DNA from: Marsupella aquatica
Taxonomy: Eukaryota; Plantae; Marchantiophyta
Assembly: GCA_973895155.1 (NCBI GenBank)
Contig: OZ316898.1
Span: 2,207,927-2,271,926, forward strand
Direction: 5' to 3'
DNA length: 64,000 bases
The notes beneath the pieces were generated by a model that was given only the letters and a program-made list of their open reading frames with translations, searched no databases and was not told the origin of the DNA. A program made the position numbers and the translations under genes. Below, one piece after another: positions 1-13,161 of this stretch (the first letter of the stretch is position 1; each line of letters begins with the position of its first letter).

Positions 1-1128
1 CCTCGGACCCAAATTTTAGGGGCCCCGATAACTGCACATCAAAATAGTACATATCTGGTTTAGAATATCATTCCATACTATGATAAACTTCTTTTTGTTC
101 CTTAAATAAGAGAGTGCACACGGTTTATTAACACATTTTGATGTGTGATTATTGTGTGAAATTTTAGAGTAGGGGTAATGAGTGATCGTGACATGAAATA
201 ACATAATACACCTGAATTGAATTTATCATGGTCTTAAATGAAATAACAGCACACCCTATATTATAACATTTTGATATGTAATTATGGTGATCCAAATTTT
301 AGAGCAAGAGGTTCACGTATATACCTGTCAGAGTGGATATGGTGGAGACGTCCATACAGAGACCATGTTGAAGAGAACTTGCCAGATTGTAATACTATAA
401 ACACCCTACCAACCAAGTGCTTCAGTTCCTTGCCAAAATAAAAGTTCTTGAGATATGACGTATTGTTCTGTTGGACTCTATTTGAAGGACATTGAGAAAA
501 CCAATAATGTCCACCCACCCTCAGGGGTTGTTATTGAGTCATAGAGATGATCATTGGCACAGCCATCATAGCTCTAGCACGCATTCATTTTTCCTGGCAG
601 CCAAGTGATTAGTAGCATTCGTACATGTATGCAATTTACTATGCCAGATTTTTTGGAAACTGAAAAGCAGGCAGCGGGTAAAATCATTCTTCACTAAGCA
701 ATTTAAGGGGATGACACTTTTGGATGTGTATTTTTCAGGAACCTGCTTTGTTCATTCCTTTCCATGCCCTCGATAAAAGAAAAAGAAAGTCGCACCTAGT
801 GTGTCTTTGAACATGCCACCTCGTAATCTCAACTGAGCTCCAATACCACTAGGTCACACACTATTTAGGTGCATCAATTCTCCCTGTTCATAATCATTTA
901 AATTTTTATAGTTATTTTATATTATTCCTGAATAAGTTAAAACAGTCAAACATTAAAATCTACTCAAAAATCTGTGCTCTTCTCAAAATTGAACAGGGAC
1001 CCAAAAATGTGGCTTGCCAAGTGGGACTTGAATGGAGACTTATAAGTTTTGGGTTAAAATGTGGTAACTACCTGTTCACTTTCTCTCTGAGATTTCACAA
1101 ATCTCCCCTATCACACCATTCTAGGTAG

Positions 1129-1812
1129 TGTTAGAGTGTATTGTACTATCTAGATCTGTATGTTTAGTATGTATGCTATATGAGCCGATAAGGTTCTGTT
1201 AGGTTTGGGTGAGAAGGTAGTCCTCTCTTTTGAGGCATCGAAAGGTTATCTTTCGATATTGAGCCTTGGAGAGAAAATCTCGGGTGGTGGCTATGGTGGC
1301 TGAGAGCTCTCTCTATGTAGCGTGGATTCTTTGAGTGCAAGGTGCGTTGGCTCGACATATGTGTGTGATCAGATCGGACGGGATTGAGTGCATTTTGGCA
1401 TCCATCGTGATTCAATTCTATTGAGATTATTGTGAATTTTGGACATGTGTGGACATGAGTTCCACTTGTATTCCACTCTCTCATGTTTGTGATGTGGATG
1501 TGTGACTATGTTTGGATGTATGTGACAAGCGAAGTGTATGCGCATGACACCCCTTAAATGTTTTTTGAAGGTACAAAGCCATGCTGAAGTCATAGCATGA
1601 TTGAATGTGCTGAAAACCCTAGCCCAGATATTGATAACACCAATTTCCCATTTACACTAAATAGATTGAAGCTAATAAACTTGCAACCAGAGCCGGTAGG
1701 ATGGTGGAGTTAACTAGATTGTAACTCACTAAGAGTAATTTTGGAGCCATCCCTGGAAGGAAGCCCCCCAATATCCACAATCCCTTAAACCAAAAGTTTG
1801 GGTTCCATTTCA
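1129..1812 (+). mobile_element. Possible solo LTR
   Basis: Starts TGTTAG (1129) and ends ATTTCA (1812), flanked on both sides by GGTAG (1124-1128 and 1813-1817), a candidate 5-bp TSD. No coding content. A chance match cannot be excluded. Confidence 0.4.
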
Positions 1813-2189
1813 GGTAGCCCATAATACTCGTCAAGAACTATAATCCAATGTTCCACCTTTTTATGCAGTGGTAGTCTTCTGAATTTGAAGGGTCCAAAAA
1901 GTAAAGAACCTGACCAAAGAGAAGGAATAAACCAAAATATAATTATATTTAGTGTGAAAGAAAGAGTGACAGGTTTTTCCAAGCAAGAAATAAAGGGACT
2001 ACCAATGCACCATAATCAAATACTTTATGGACCATCTATGGATAGTACCATCCATGCATAGAAAATACTCCTCTCCATGCCTAGACATAGAGTACTTCTA
2101 TGATAGTCTATGTCATACCAGGAGTTTAATTGATTACAGATATTTTGTTACCTGATGATACTTTGCGGTTGCTGTTGCACATTTTTGGC

Positions 2190-2830
2190 TTCACGACATC
2201 TTTAAATACTGGATAATATTTGTTGCGCAATTATTTTTTAATAAATAAAATCTTTTACTCAATGATATTTTTTTCAAGAACATCTTTAGTATAAAATCAT
2301 CTAATATGCATCTACATCTTTTGCCAAATGTTACCTTGTATTATTTATACATCTTTTGCGCAATGATATCTTTTACTTAACAATATCTTTTGAAGAACAA
2401 TATATTTTATTTAAACTATGGACATTTTTTGCACAACATCTATTACTAACAACATTTAATGCAACTACATATTTGACTTCAGAACATCTTTGACTAATGA
2501 TATTTTTTTACTTGATGACATCATTGACATTCTAACATCTTTTTATTTGACTACATCTTGGACATAATAACATTATTGGTATCACGATATTGTTTTTTTT
2601 TACTACAACTTTCACATAATGACATCTTTTTACTTGACAACATCTTTGACAACACGTAATTTTTTTCTAAATGATATCTTTTTCACTTCACAATATCTTT
2701 GGAGACATGATTTCTTTTTTCTTGACTACATCTTTTTAGCTATGATATCTTTAACATAACACATCTTTTGTACAACACAAGTATATTGAGCTAGTACATC
2801 TTTTGTATAACACACGTATATTGCTAGTTT
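2190..2830. repeat. Degenerate AT-rich tandem repeat (ACATCTTTT-type core)
   Basis: Many recurrences of (A/T)CATCTTT(T) and GATATCTTTT at short spacing; no ORFs. Confidence 0.65.
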
Positions 2831-4448
2831 CACAGACAGGACAATTGTGCATTTGAATAATGGCTTGATTATTAATTGCCATCCCATTAATCCACGGCAG
2901 GGGCAATCAACTGCTAATGACTGTAGATCTCACCAAAACCTCTGTTCCTCAAACAGGCAGACACAGAGAGAAGTGGTCATCTATTACATTAAATTGTATT
3001 ATATTGATTAAATGCAGTTATAAGAATCATATAAAAAACCAAAATGGGGGTTGCGAAAGGTAGTTTCACTTTTATATACACAAAAGTGGCTTTAGTGAAT
3101 GGAATCCTCATAAGTGCGCAAGTGGATAGAGTGAACCATAAAACAATTTTACCAGTTGTTCGTGGGCCCGGAATCTCGCTTATGGGGACGTCAGAAAAGA
3201 AAAATGATTGGCTGTTCATAATCTTGAACCCAAGTGGATATGCTTTGCAGTTTGGAAGTTAATACTTGGGTGGACCATAATGTTTGACCTGGGTACTCTG
3301 ATGGACCAAGCACTTGTTGAAGTCCAAAAAGGTGAGCACTTGAACAAAGGAATGATGCTCTCTGCGTAAAATATAATCTTTCAGAGCAGTCCATCTGGGT
3401 TGCAACAGCCTATCCGAGTATGTTGTCAAATATTGGCAAACTCCAGTTTCTGTTTTGTTGTAAAGGACTCCATAAACTTTTCGAGACAAAAAGAACTTTT
3501 GGAAACAAGTGAAGTTTCCTCATGCCCTTGGCAAAAGAAAAAGTGGACTCTACCTCCCCAGGTACCCGCCTTTGCATGAGAAACAACAAAATAAAACTCA
3601 TCTCAACCTTGCTGGGCACCTACGTCCTATCCACTTGCAGCTGGCAGGCGGGAAAGGTACTGTCATGCCATTTAGGTTGCACTTAAAGTATATAATTATT
3701 AAAATATTGGGGTCGTGAAACCTCAACAGAATTTTGTAACAAAATACTTGATTAGGCAATGGAAACACACCTTGACCAGGTCCCTTCTTTTGATAGTGAC
3801 TTCAGCTCTTGCACATTCCCTGCAAAGCAACCCCTCTAACCTTTGGAGTGCGAACTCTAACTTTTGGAGTGTGAACACTTAAACTGCCTAGTACCCTGTA
3901 GCCCTCTTGTCCATGCCAGCCTATTGTTAAGGTTTTGCATTTTGCCAAAGTGGAGAATGTGACTTGGTGTTGAATAGAATATTGTAATAATATTCCATAT
4001 ATGATTCCTAGATTAATTTTTGACCATTAGATCTCCTTAGATTTGAGAATTGTCAGATTCTAACAAAAGTGGCTAATGGAGACAGAAAACACTAGCTAAT
4101 TCTTGCCAAAAATGACTAATAATTATTAGCAGGGTCATTTTTGGCTAAATTCCAGAGGTTCTAGCCTAAACCTTGTTCCTAAAATGTTTGGAGACACTTC
4201 CTGGTTGTCACCAGTCAACTTTTACTCAATTTCTGGTCATAGGGTTACAAGCTAGTAACTCCAGCCTAGACTGCCCTTATCCTTCACGTAATGTGACCAT
4301 ACAAACTTTATGCGACTAGGAGGTTTCTAGATGCACCATAAATGCCACAAGTGCAAATGAAAACAAGAATAGAAAAGGAACACCTGGTGGGCACCCACCT
4401 TCTACACGTGGGCAGGGCAGGTTGTGGTAATTACACATAGAAAAACAA

Positions 4449-4810
4449 TAGCTAATTATTACTAGGCATTTACTCTCAGGTCTAGATCGAGTCAACATTG
4501 TAACCATAGTTTGGCTAACCATAGTAGCTGACTTGGTTAGGTTAGTCATGCTGCATCCCTTATACCCAAGAAACTTTTGCTTGTGGAACAAGAACTTAGG
4601 CTCATTGTTATGAAACCACTTGAGACATAGGGAAAACTTGTGCTACAAAGATTTGATACACTTGACTAACCTAGAGTACAATAATGATTTTGTGTGTTCC
4701 TGCGACTATATGTAGCGTCATGGAAGGTGAATCACATATCTCTATGTGTCTATTATTTGTTCATTGGATGATCATGTGTGTGCCATTGTGAGTTGCATCT
4801 TTGTTGAACA
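4449..4810 (+). mobile_element. Short solo-LTR family copy (degenerate)
   Basis: Shares GGCTAACCA, GTTAGGTTAGTC, TGTGTTC..GTAGC..AGGTGAA.CAC blocks and the ...TTGAACA end with the TSD-flanked solo LTR at 62980-63659. Confidence 0.6.
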
Positions 4811-5019
4811 AATATACAGAACAAACTATGGCAGGCCTATGATCATCCAATGCACAATAGTTGACACATCAAGATATGTGGCACCTCAACTGAGGCTGAG
4901 TCCACGAAAATGCACAAGAATTTTACAACACTTTACGCCCATTAGCCATACTTAATACATGTCTAGAACTCTCTATCTCTCAACCGGCTCCGTAATAATG
5001 AACCTGAGTTCAGTTTGCC

Positions 5020-5345
5020 TTAAGTATGATTTCGATCGTAACTCTAGACCTAAGAGTAAATGCTTAACAATCTTCTCATTGACTCTGGTCTAGGAGAGGG
5101 TAATAATGCTAACATATATAATTCCTTAGTGAGAAATTATGGACAAAAACCCTAAACCCTAATACACACAAAATCAAGCTCATTATTAAGCCAATTGATT
5201 ACGATAACTTGATATGGTGGACGGACCTAGAGTGCAGTAAAGCTCTTGTGTGTTCGTGTGAATGTAGCCTCAACTGAGGTGAACCACATATCTCTCTTTG
5301 TTGACTATTTGTGTGTTGGATGATCATAGGCTTGACGTTGTAATT
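5020..5345. mobile_element. Fragments of the same solo-LTR family (inverted 5' end plus forward 3' part)
   Basis: 5020-5070 is the reverse complement of the LTR start (TGTTAAGCATTTACTCTTAGGTCTAG). 5228-5340 (AGTAAAGCTCTTGTGTGTTCGTGTGAATGTAGCCT..GAGGTGAACCAC) matches 63181-63220 joined to 63567-63600. Confidence 0.6.
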
Positions 5346-5719
5346 ATGCTCTTTCTTACCCGTAGAAATACATGCTCAAGGGAGCCTCCCTAGCAGTTTG
5401 ATTAATATAACCACATTTCTTTCCAACCAAACGATGGACCTACTTAAAGGTATCACTGTGCACCCTTGTGTGCACCTTCTCAGTGTCACCTTGTCACTCT
5501 CTCTCTAAACTTGCACACTCCTTGAAATCTGACTAGCCGATTTCCCGGTCATCTCACTTATGCTCAACAACACTTCCACTCAACATCACTTATTATGGGC
5601 GCATGCATTGGGCTACTAATGATTTAAAGAGAACAATGGGTTTATCATGATATGGAAACAAATAGGGCTTGCCTCTTAGCACACCTTATGCACATTAGCT
5701 CTTTTTGATGTGCAATCCT

Positions 5720-6070
5720 TGTCAGGAAGAAAGGTTTTGTGTAACCATTTCTACTGGGTGGTACCATTTCCATAACCTTGTGCCTGAAAAGTAATACCCA
5801 ATAATCTTTTTTGCCGGGCAAGTATTAGGAATGATAATGAATGTTTGGGCTGAGTGTGAAACCTTTTCCCACAAAGCTCAAATGTAATTCCTGTCATGAA
5901 GAAAGGTTATTGGTGTGTAAATTTTTCTACTAGATGCCACCATTTCCATAACCCTGTGCCCATAAAGTCTTGCCCCATAAAGTCTTGTCCCATAAACTTT
6001 TTCCTGGGCAGGTGTAATCTTTTTGTGGGGTAGGTATTAAGTATGATAATGACTATTTGGGCTGGGGTTC
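5720..6070. repeat. ~170-bp tandem duplication
   Basis: GTCA.GAAGAAAGGTT...TTTCTACT...CCATTTCCATAACC.TGTGCC occurs at ~5721 and ~5893. Confidence 0.7.
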
Positions 6071-6134
6071 TAGTCTGAAACTTGTTCTCACAAAACTCAG
6101 AAAAACTTGCTAGCTACTGCAGGTTAATATTTTC

Positions 6135-6360
6135 TCATTTTCTGGTCACACGGTTACAAACTAGTAACCTCAATCCAAACCATGGTTACCCTATACTGCC
6201 CAGCTGCAGGTCAGCACTTCCTCACCTTCTGGTCAGAGGGTTACAGACTACAGTAGTAACCCCAGACCGAACCATGGTTACCCTATACTTCCCTGCTGCC
6301 GGGGTCAGCATTTCCTCAGTTTCTGGTAAGAGGGTTAGAGTCTAGTAACCCCATAGTCCC
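6135..6360. repeat. ~90-bp tandem repeat, ~2.5 copies
   Basis: TTCTGGT.A.A.GGTTA.A.ACTA..GTAACC..ACCATGGTTACCCTATACT..GTCAGCA.TTCCTCA is repeated; a related copy lies at ~4231. Confidence 0.7.
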
Positions 6361-7636
6361 ATACCAAACCTGAGGCGGGCAGGGCAGGCAAAAAGGGAGA
6401 CTCAAGTCCAGTGCTGCCTCACGTGAGGAGCTGCCAAATGCTGATTGGACACTGGAAAGATGGGAGTCTGCTATCTATGCCGAAGTGGATAGGCATGACG
6501 GACGTGCTCATTCAATCAGACAAATCCGAAACTGTTTCTTCTAATCTTCTTCCACCAAACCCAAGTCCTGTACAATCGAGCAATCGCTCACCCATCGTGT
6601 CAAATCCGATAATCGCTGCAGATGCAGGAATGGATAAACACTGAAGTGCTTCATTATGACTGCTCACTGTGAGCAGAAGTGACGGACGATCGATTTCGAA
6701 CAAGAACGAACAAGAAAAGAGGCACACCCTCCCTCTCCCCTCGATCTATCGCAGACCCACTTCGTCGAAGCTCGTTGTTGGGACATTTTGGCTCGTGGAA
6801 AGACTTCATCGCGGAGAGAGCAACAGAGGAGAATTGCGTTCCCGGTAAGTAAAGCGTCGTCTCCATCCGGCCTTCTTTCTTCCTTCAATCTGTATGACCA
6901 GACCACTTCCTGGATGAGGGGACTTGTACAATTGATCGGGGAGACGGATTGAGAGAGAGAGGCAGGAATACAGGTTTCAAGCAACAAGGTGAGCGAGATG
7001 TGTGAAGGTTTGGAAGAGGACAGTCTGTGCTTTTGGTATGAGAGGAACTGTAGAGGCGGAACTCATTTCCAAAGGCGCCGTGCGTGAGACAGAGTGATTA
7101 ATTGTTCGCTGTGAGGTTGTTTCATTTCGAAGGTTACGGACTGAAGGATGTATTCTTGTTTCAAAGCTCCCGTCCCATTGCAACGATTGTAGGTAGTTGA
7201 GTGAGGATATGTCTCAATTTCAGAGATACACAAGGAAGCAGGGTAGTTTCAAATCTTCATTCGATTTATTGACAACAGTTGTCTACATAGCAGCAGACAC
7301 AGAGTGAAGATAGCACTGCATTTATCGAAGTAAAATTCTTCAGTACCTGAGGTCCCCCAACGATTTACGGAGATACACATTCAAAAGCTACTGAAAGGAG
7401 GGAGGGAGCGCGTCTTGGAGCATTTCAGACCTCCGAATGAGAGTGAGGGTCACGAACGGAGAGCGCAGTCCAGAGTAATGTGGAAATTCTACTCAAGGCT
7501 GATTGACGAAGATTGATGATTGATTGCAAAGCAGGGATTTACACACACGAGGGGTTGTCGCCAGGAGGCGAACTTTGGTGGGCGTGGCACGGGTAGCAAG
7601 GAGTGGGAGGCAGAGAAATTCCGGTATCATCCGTCC

Positions 7637-10508
7637 ATGGGGCTTCAAGGACAGCTGAAGCCGAGCCGGAGTGAGGCCGGGGAGATTCTCAGCGAGGAAG
7701 AGCAGGCACAGTATGCGAAGCAGGTGGAGGAATTTCTGAAGGCAACGACTCCCGTTCGCGCTCTGAAACCTTCTCGCAGCGACCTGGAAGATGGTGCTTT
7801 GTTGCATGTTGACTCCGCCGCAGATCATAGCTCTTGCAAGGCAGAGCAGGACCGCTATAAAGAACTCGAGGCCTCTGGAGAGGTAGCACAGTAACGCTTT
7901 GCTATTTTAATTTTTTCCTTGAACGAATTGCCACTCTTTAATGTTGGAAGAACAGGAACCTGGTACAGAGAGGGCCACTCCGATGAGGTGAGGTCCAAGT
8001 GAGGGGGACAGTTTGAGAGAACCAATTCTTGCACCGGAAGACTTAGTCTTGTCATAATTTACTCACAATCGCAGCCGCCAAGGAGACCAAACTTAATGTG
8101 CAAGCGCAATATAGCTTTGCTTGATTGGCGACGGCATCTGTGGATGAGCTGATAAACGATGTTCACGATCTGAGACAATGACAGCGGATGCGATTCGATT
8201 GTGGAATGCACAATGAATTGTCTAGATGCAGAAGAAATGCTGCGTGCAAAGTATTTCCTGGAACGTTGCGTTGCAACGATCTAACTGTGAGCATCGGATC
8301 GGAATCATCGGTTGGGTTCTGCTAATGAGTGAATGGATAGAGAGATCAACAAAAGCTTGGGGCGTTTCAGTCCTCGAATTGAGTGAATGGAAACATAGCT
8401 GGAATTCGTTGGTCCCCGTACGTTGCTGGACAATGACGGTGGACATGCGTGATCGGTCGGACTGATGACATGTCTCGACTCATCAAGCCAGCTAGTGAAG
8501 CTCATCCATCTTAAATAGCGGTGCTCCTTGTTCTGGACCAGGGAGCAGGAAGTTGTTGGGGTCTGTGAAGTGTAAAAGCTTTGCCGGGGCTGATGGATCA
8601 TAGTATAATTATGTACTGTTTGTTCTCGTGGTCACTTGATGGTGGCGTTGTCATTCTATGACGTCAGGGTTGATTCCTGGCAGTAGATGAATAACTCAAG
8701 GTCGATTGAGTTCATGAGGAGAACGATCATGGTGATATTAACACCATACATTGTCACAGCTGGGAATCGTACCTCCTTACGTCTAGCGCCTCATTGTTGC
8801 ATCGTGGATTACCATTTCGAATGAGAGTACACCCTGACCTCGAAAGGATGTGTGGCAGAGTAGAAAACGGCAGGTGTACGAGTGGTTTGTGACCGAATTC
8901 TCCTCACGTAGTCGGATTAGAATGGACATGGGTAGCTCAGGAAACAGCGGGGACCCTTTGTGAAGACGAAAGAGCAAAAAGAGAGGTGAATCTCTGCTAT
9001 GAAATTCACCGTTCGAAACAAAAAGAAAATGAAAGAAAGAAAGATGCGTCTGTTTCTCACCGTAACAGTGATCAGTTCCGTAGAATCTGATATAGAAGGA
9101 ATTCTCGAAATTGCAGTTGTTGAAAACGGAAGGTGGAACGGTGAACGATGACAGCTACGTGGAGACGCTGTATTATGATGGTTTGAACGCCGTCGACAAA
9201 AGTATGCATCACCAGGTACTCTTCATAAGCCGTCATTCTCAGATTATTTGATTCACTGCGCACCGTTCCGTATCCGCTTCAAACTTGAAGGGGCCAAGTC
9301 CTCCGGAAAACTTTCCAGTGAGTGCAGTACTTTTAGGCTTGGTGTTTTCTTCACACGAAATCAAGATCAGAGCCAAGATTTGGAGCTTTAGATTTTGATG
9401 GGCTCCCCTGAGCTGTCATGTGAGCTTAACTGTTGACTGTAAAGTTCCTACCTGCGCATTGATTCTTGTATCTGCTTATGAGTTGGGAATTTTGCTTGTG
9501 TCCAATCTGCAGACTGGGAGCGGTTTCATTGCCACAGATAAGGCAATTTTGTCATTCACGGTTGGAGATAATGGGGAGAAGGTCTTCCGAACCACTAACA
9601 AGACCAATCCTGCATGCAACGAGTGGCAGCCCGCCCCCCCCAAGGTCAGCCCAGTTATTCTTCCTCCTCAATAAACATGACACACAGAGATCTCAACAAA
9701 CATTAGAGATCGAGCTATGAGGAGTTCGATTTTGAAATAATGTCATCTTACTTTGCAGCGGAGAAGTTTGAAACGAAAGCAATTGGCTGAAACTTTTGAC
9801 TTGCAATCAGTGGGTTCTTGCTTCGAGTACATCGGATGTAGATACGAGATTGTCTTCAGAGATGATGCAGCGGTAGAAAGTAATATGTTCGCTTCGCTTT
9901 GTACTAATGATGAGCAGTTCGGTCCACGTTTGGTTCCCGAGTTGGTTCCTAATCCTGTACCGAGAATTAATCAAGATTACTCTGACAATTAAAATCTCTG
10001 TTGTGTGAACTTACCGCCATCATCAGTACTATACAGTACGTAATCAAATAACTTGTAGAAGGGAATCAAGTTTACATCAGATTTTGCAGAGTATCCTGGA
10101 GTTCTAGATTTATCTGGGTAAACAGATGAGAACTCTAATAGATGGACTGGATCCTTAAATTCCAACCGACCTTAGACTAAAATCGCTTCCTGAATGTGCT
10201 ATCTTCAAGTGCAATGCAACTGTTTGACAACAATGACTGACAACAGTGTCCAGAAAGAGAATGGATAATAAGTGTACCATTCAGATCTGCAGCTGCATTC
10301 CAACTTCGTCATGTTTGTATGTATATATATATTGTTGATTTCACAGCTCGACTTTGTCGTGCATGTAGTTCTGGGTGGAAGTGAGCTCGACTGAGTTCAA
10401 AGCATCGATATTCGGAAATGATCCTCGACCTGAAGCATTGTTTTGTATGTCTCTAATGTGCAGGATGAGCCTACCGAGTCGAAGGTGCATAGAAGCGAAT
10501 CAAGCTAG
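7637..10508 (+). CDS. MEE59-like (maternal effect embryo arrest 59 family) protein, 4 exons, ~173 aa
   Basis: Exons 7637-7882, 9117-9215, 9513-9644 and 10464-10508, all phase 0 with GT..AG introns. Family motifs: KPSRSE/KPSRSD repeats, YVETLYYDGLNAVDKSMHHQ|TGSGFI, TNPACNEWQP and C-terminal SKVHRSESS*. Confidence 0.85.
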
Positions 10509-10729
10509 AGAGATGCAGCACTGGCTTGAAATTTGCGACCTCAAATTCGTGGGCAAGCGGGTGTACATCCGTAATCATGGAAAGCTAGCTACAAGCATTA
10601 ATGAAAGGTGTAGGGCTACCTAAACTTACGCTTTCATCAGATATGGGAGACCGTATAGACAATTCTTTTCGGTGAGGTTTGAGCCTATTTCAATTCATAG
10701 AAACATTCAATATTGTTGACACCAGAGCT

Positions 10730-11100
10730 GAAATACGAAGCCCATATTATATGTTGCGGAGTTTTGCAACATGAAGTCCATGTTAAATGTCGTGAGGGGT
10801 TTGACAAGGCATCATTACTACTTTGGAGTCTACAGTGTGAAGCCCATATTGTATTTTGTGAGCTAAAATATTCTTGTTACTTGGTTGGAGTCTACACTAA
10901 GAAGCCCATAGTACATGTTGTGAGCCACAAACATTATTACTACTTGGTTGGAGGTTACACAATGTGAAGCCCATATTACATGTTGTGGAGCCAATTCAAT
11001 ACTACTAGTTGGTTGGAGTTCATGACGTCATGTAGACTCCAAACTACTAGCCTTTCCCAGAGAATTAGGTGACTGTTTGGAGTCTACATGACGTCAACTT
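10730..11100. repeat. Degenerate tandem repeat (GAAGCCCATATT...TTGGAGTCTACA) ending in a 22-bp perfect inverted repeat
   Basis: GAAGCCCATA recurs at ~10737, 10839, 10901 and 10966. Inverted-repeat arms are 11023-11044 and 11075-11096. Confidence 0.7.
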
Positions 11101-13161
11101 CATGACCTTGGACCATGATACATTTTTCAGTGGACAGGGGCCATGGCCCTTTGTAGCACACGATGGATTGAAGGTCTTAGGAACCTAATTTTGACATTGT
11201 TTAGAAAAATTCAATGAGACTATGGAGCTCTACTATCATGTAAATTTAAACAACGTCCTCTCGGGAACGTTAAGGACTCATTTCATATACAGTACAATTA
11301 TGTATAACGAAGAACATATTTTATTTTAAGGAATGTTCTACTATCAGTGTTGTCTCATGAATTCACCATGGGGAGTGATCTGCTCCTCAAAATGTAGGTC
11401 TCAATGACATCTATGTTCCATACAAATCTCCATATAAATATAGTTCATATCTGTAAATGTAAGAAAACATCAAAAACTGTTTTTAGGGTAGAGTGTCCTC
11501 TGATGGGAAGTGATTGGAGAGCCTGCAGGGTAGGTCTCTTGCTCCATAGGCAGGTGAAGAGTGGCAGGTTAGCAGCAGGGCCCCGGTCAACCTGAATTCT
11601 AGTCCGTAATGGGGCCCCTGGTTTCAGAAACTGCTTATTAGGGCTGGAAATATAGTAAATATATATGTAATTGTTTGAGTCAATTTCGAGTTCATTCTTT
11701 AGACGAGCAAGCACATCAGGGCTGTCCTGAGCATAGCAAAGGCTGACCCCAGACAAATGTCCATCATGCTACTCCCCTGAGAAAATACAGTAAAATTTTA
11801 TTCCCTCTCTGGTTGGCCAACTGAAGGGACATGTCTCTTGCCATTCAATCAGCTTTGAAATTCTACAGAGGTTTTTCCTTTTTACTAGAAAAACAGAGGT
11901 ACAATCCAGGCAACACTAGAACTTTCAGATCTTCCCGAGATATCTCTTCCTTTAAGTCATTCACCTGGCTGACCAAGTGTGCGATTCTAAGAGTCCTATC
12001 CAATGCAACTAATTTACTTTTTGACAACTCACAATGAGGGCTTATGCACAGTAACCCAAGGGTTGTTCCACAATTATGAGCAAAGTAACAAACAATGTAT
12101 AAGTAAACTCAGCCTAAGTATGTTTCATCATTGGATGGTTGTCTGTGTCCTCTACAACCCTAACCCCAACACCCTTTCCAACCCTTAACATTGAATTGGG
12201 TACTTATTTTGTTGCCCTAAAGGTTGGCTGCCCCTCTCCCTGCCCCCACTGCCCTGGTAGAGGGTATTATAGTTAAGTGGAGGACAGCTACTATTTTCCG
12301 ATCATGAAAAGTAACATGATGTTGACCATTTGATCATTCCAAGCCGACAAGAGTTACTTTGCTTAGCCAGCCATGGAAAGAGGTGGCAACTTAGTAACTA
12401 AAGAGAGTGGCAAAGTACTGTATAAATAAGCCAACAAAGAGTGGTAACATGATAATTCTAAGGAGCTTGAAGTTGGGCCCTAAAACCCTGAACCCATGCT
12501 AAATTGGAGTACCGGGTCCGATTATCCCCTGATATATATGTTTTCCAGCTCGGCAGCGTGATCTCCAATGTTTTAGAAAACATGCTCCTTCCCTTACCTT
12601 CTGTACTTGGGGCACTGCTCTTCCAGACTTCAATTTGGTCTGCAGCTGGATAACTTGAAAAGTGTGGGCCTGCCTCTCAGCTGGACGAAGGTCTTTAGTT
12701 AACAGTCTCTTGACTTCTCTGAGCTTTTGGCAGCTGCATGATGACTCGAAGAATGTGTCTATGATCCAGCCGGATTATTCGACTTAGCTAGATATATTAT
12801 ACTTAGCTAGATGATTTACCAAATCTGTCTAAACGAATGGAACTCCTTCGCGTTCGAGAACTTGGAAGAATGTGATTGACGCCCAGCTGGCCGAAGAAGT
12901 TTAGCATTGTCAAGTGACCTGAGTTTGAGTTGAGCGGATTGTGTTTGGGTGACGATTTAGCTAGTTACTCCCAAGATGTTGAGATTGAGGAGGGCTTCAA
13001 GTCGAAGGAAAACAGTAATGTTAATGAAGTAGACCTAGTGGACCAAAGCTGCCACTAAACAGGAAGTGGAGGAGTGGAAAGGATGAGGTGCTAGTCATCC
13101 CGAAAGTGCTGACCAACAGGGAGTTAGTGACTGATGGGACGAAATCCAGAGAAATCGGTGA

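Noticed and set aside
5149-5163. Telomeric repeat (ACCCTAAACCCTAA)
   Set aside because: Only two units, so at most a telo-box.
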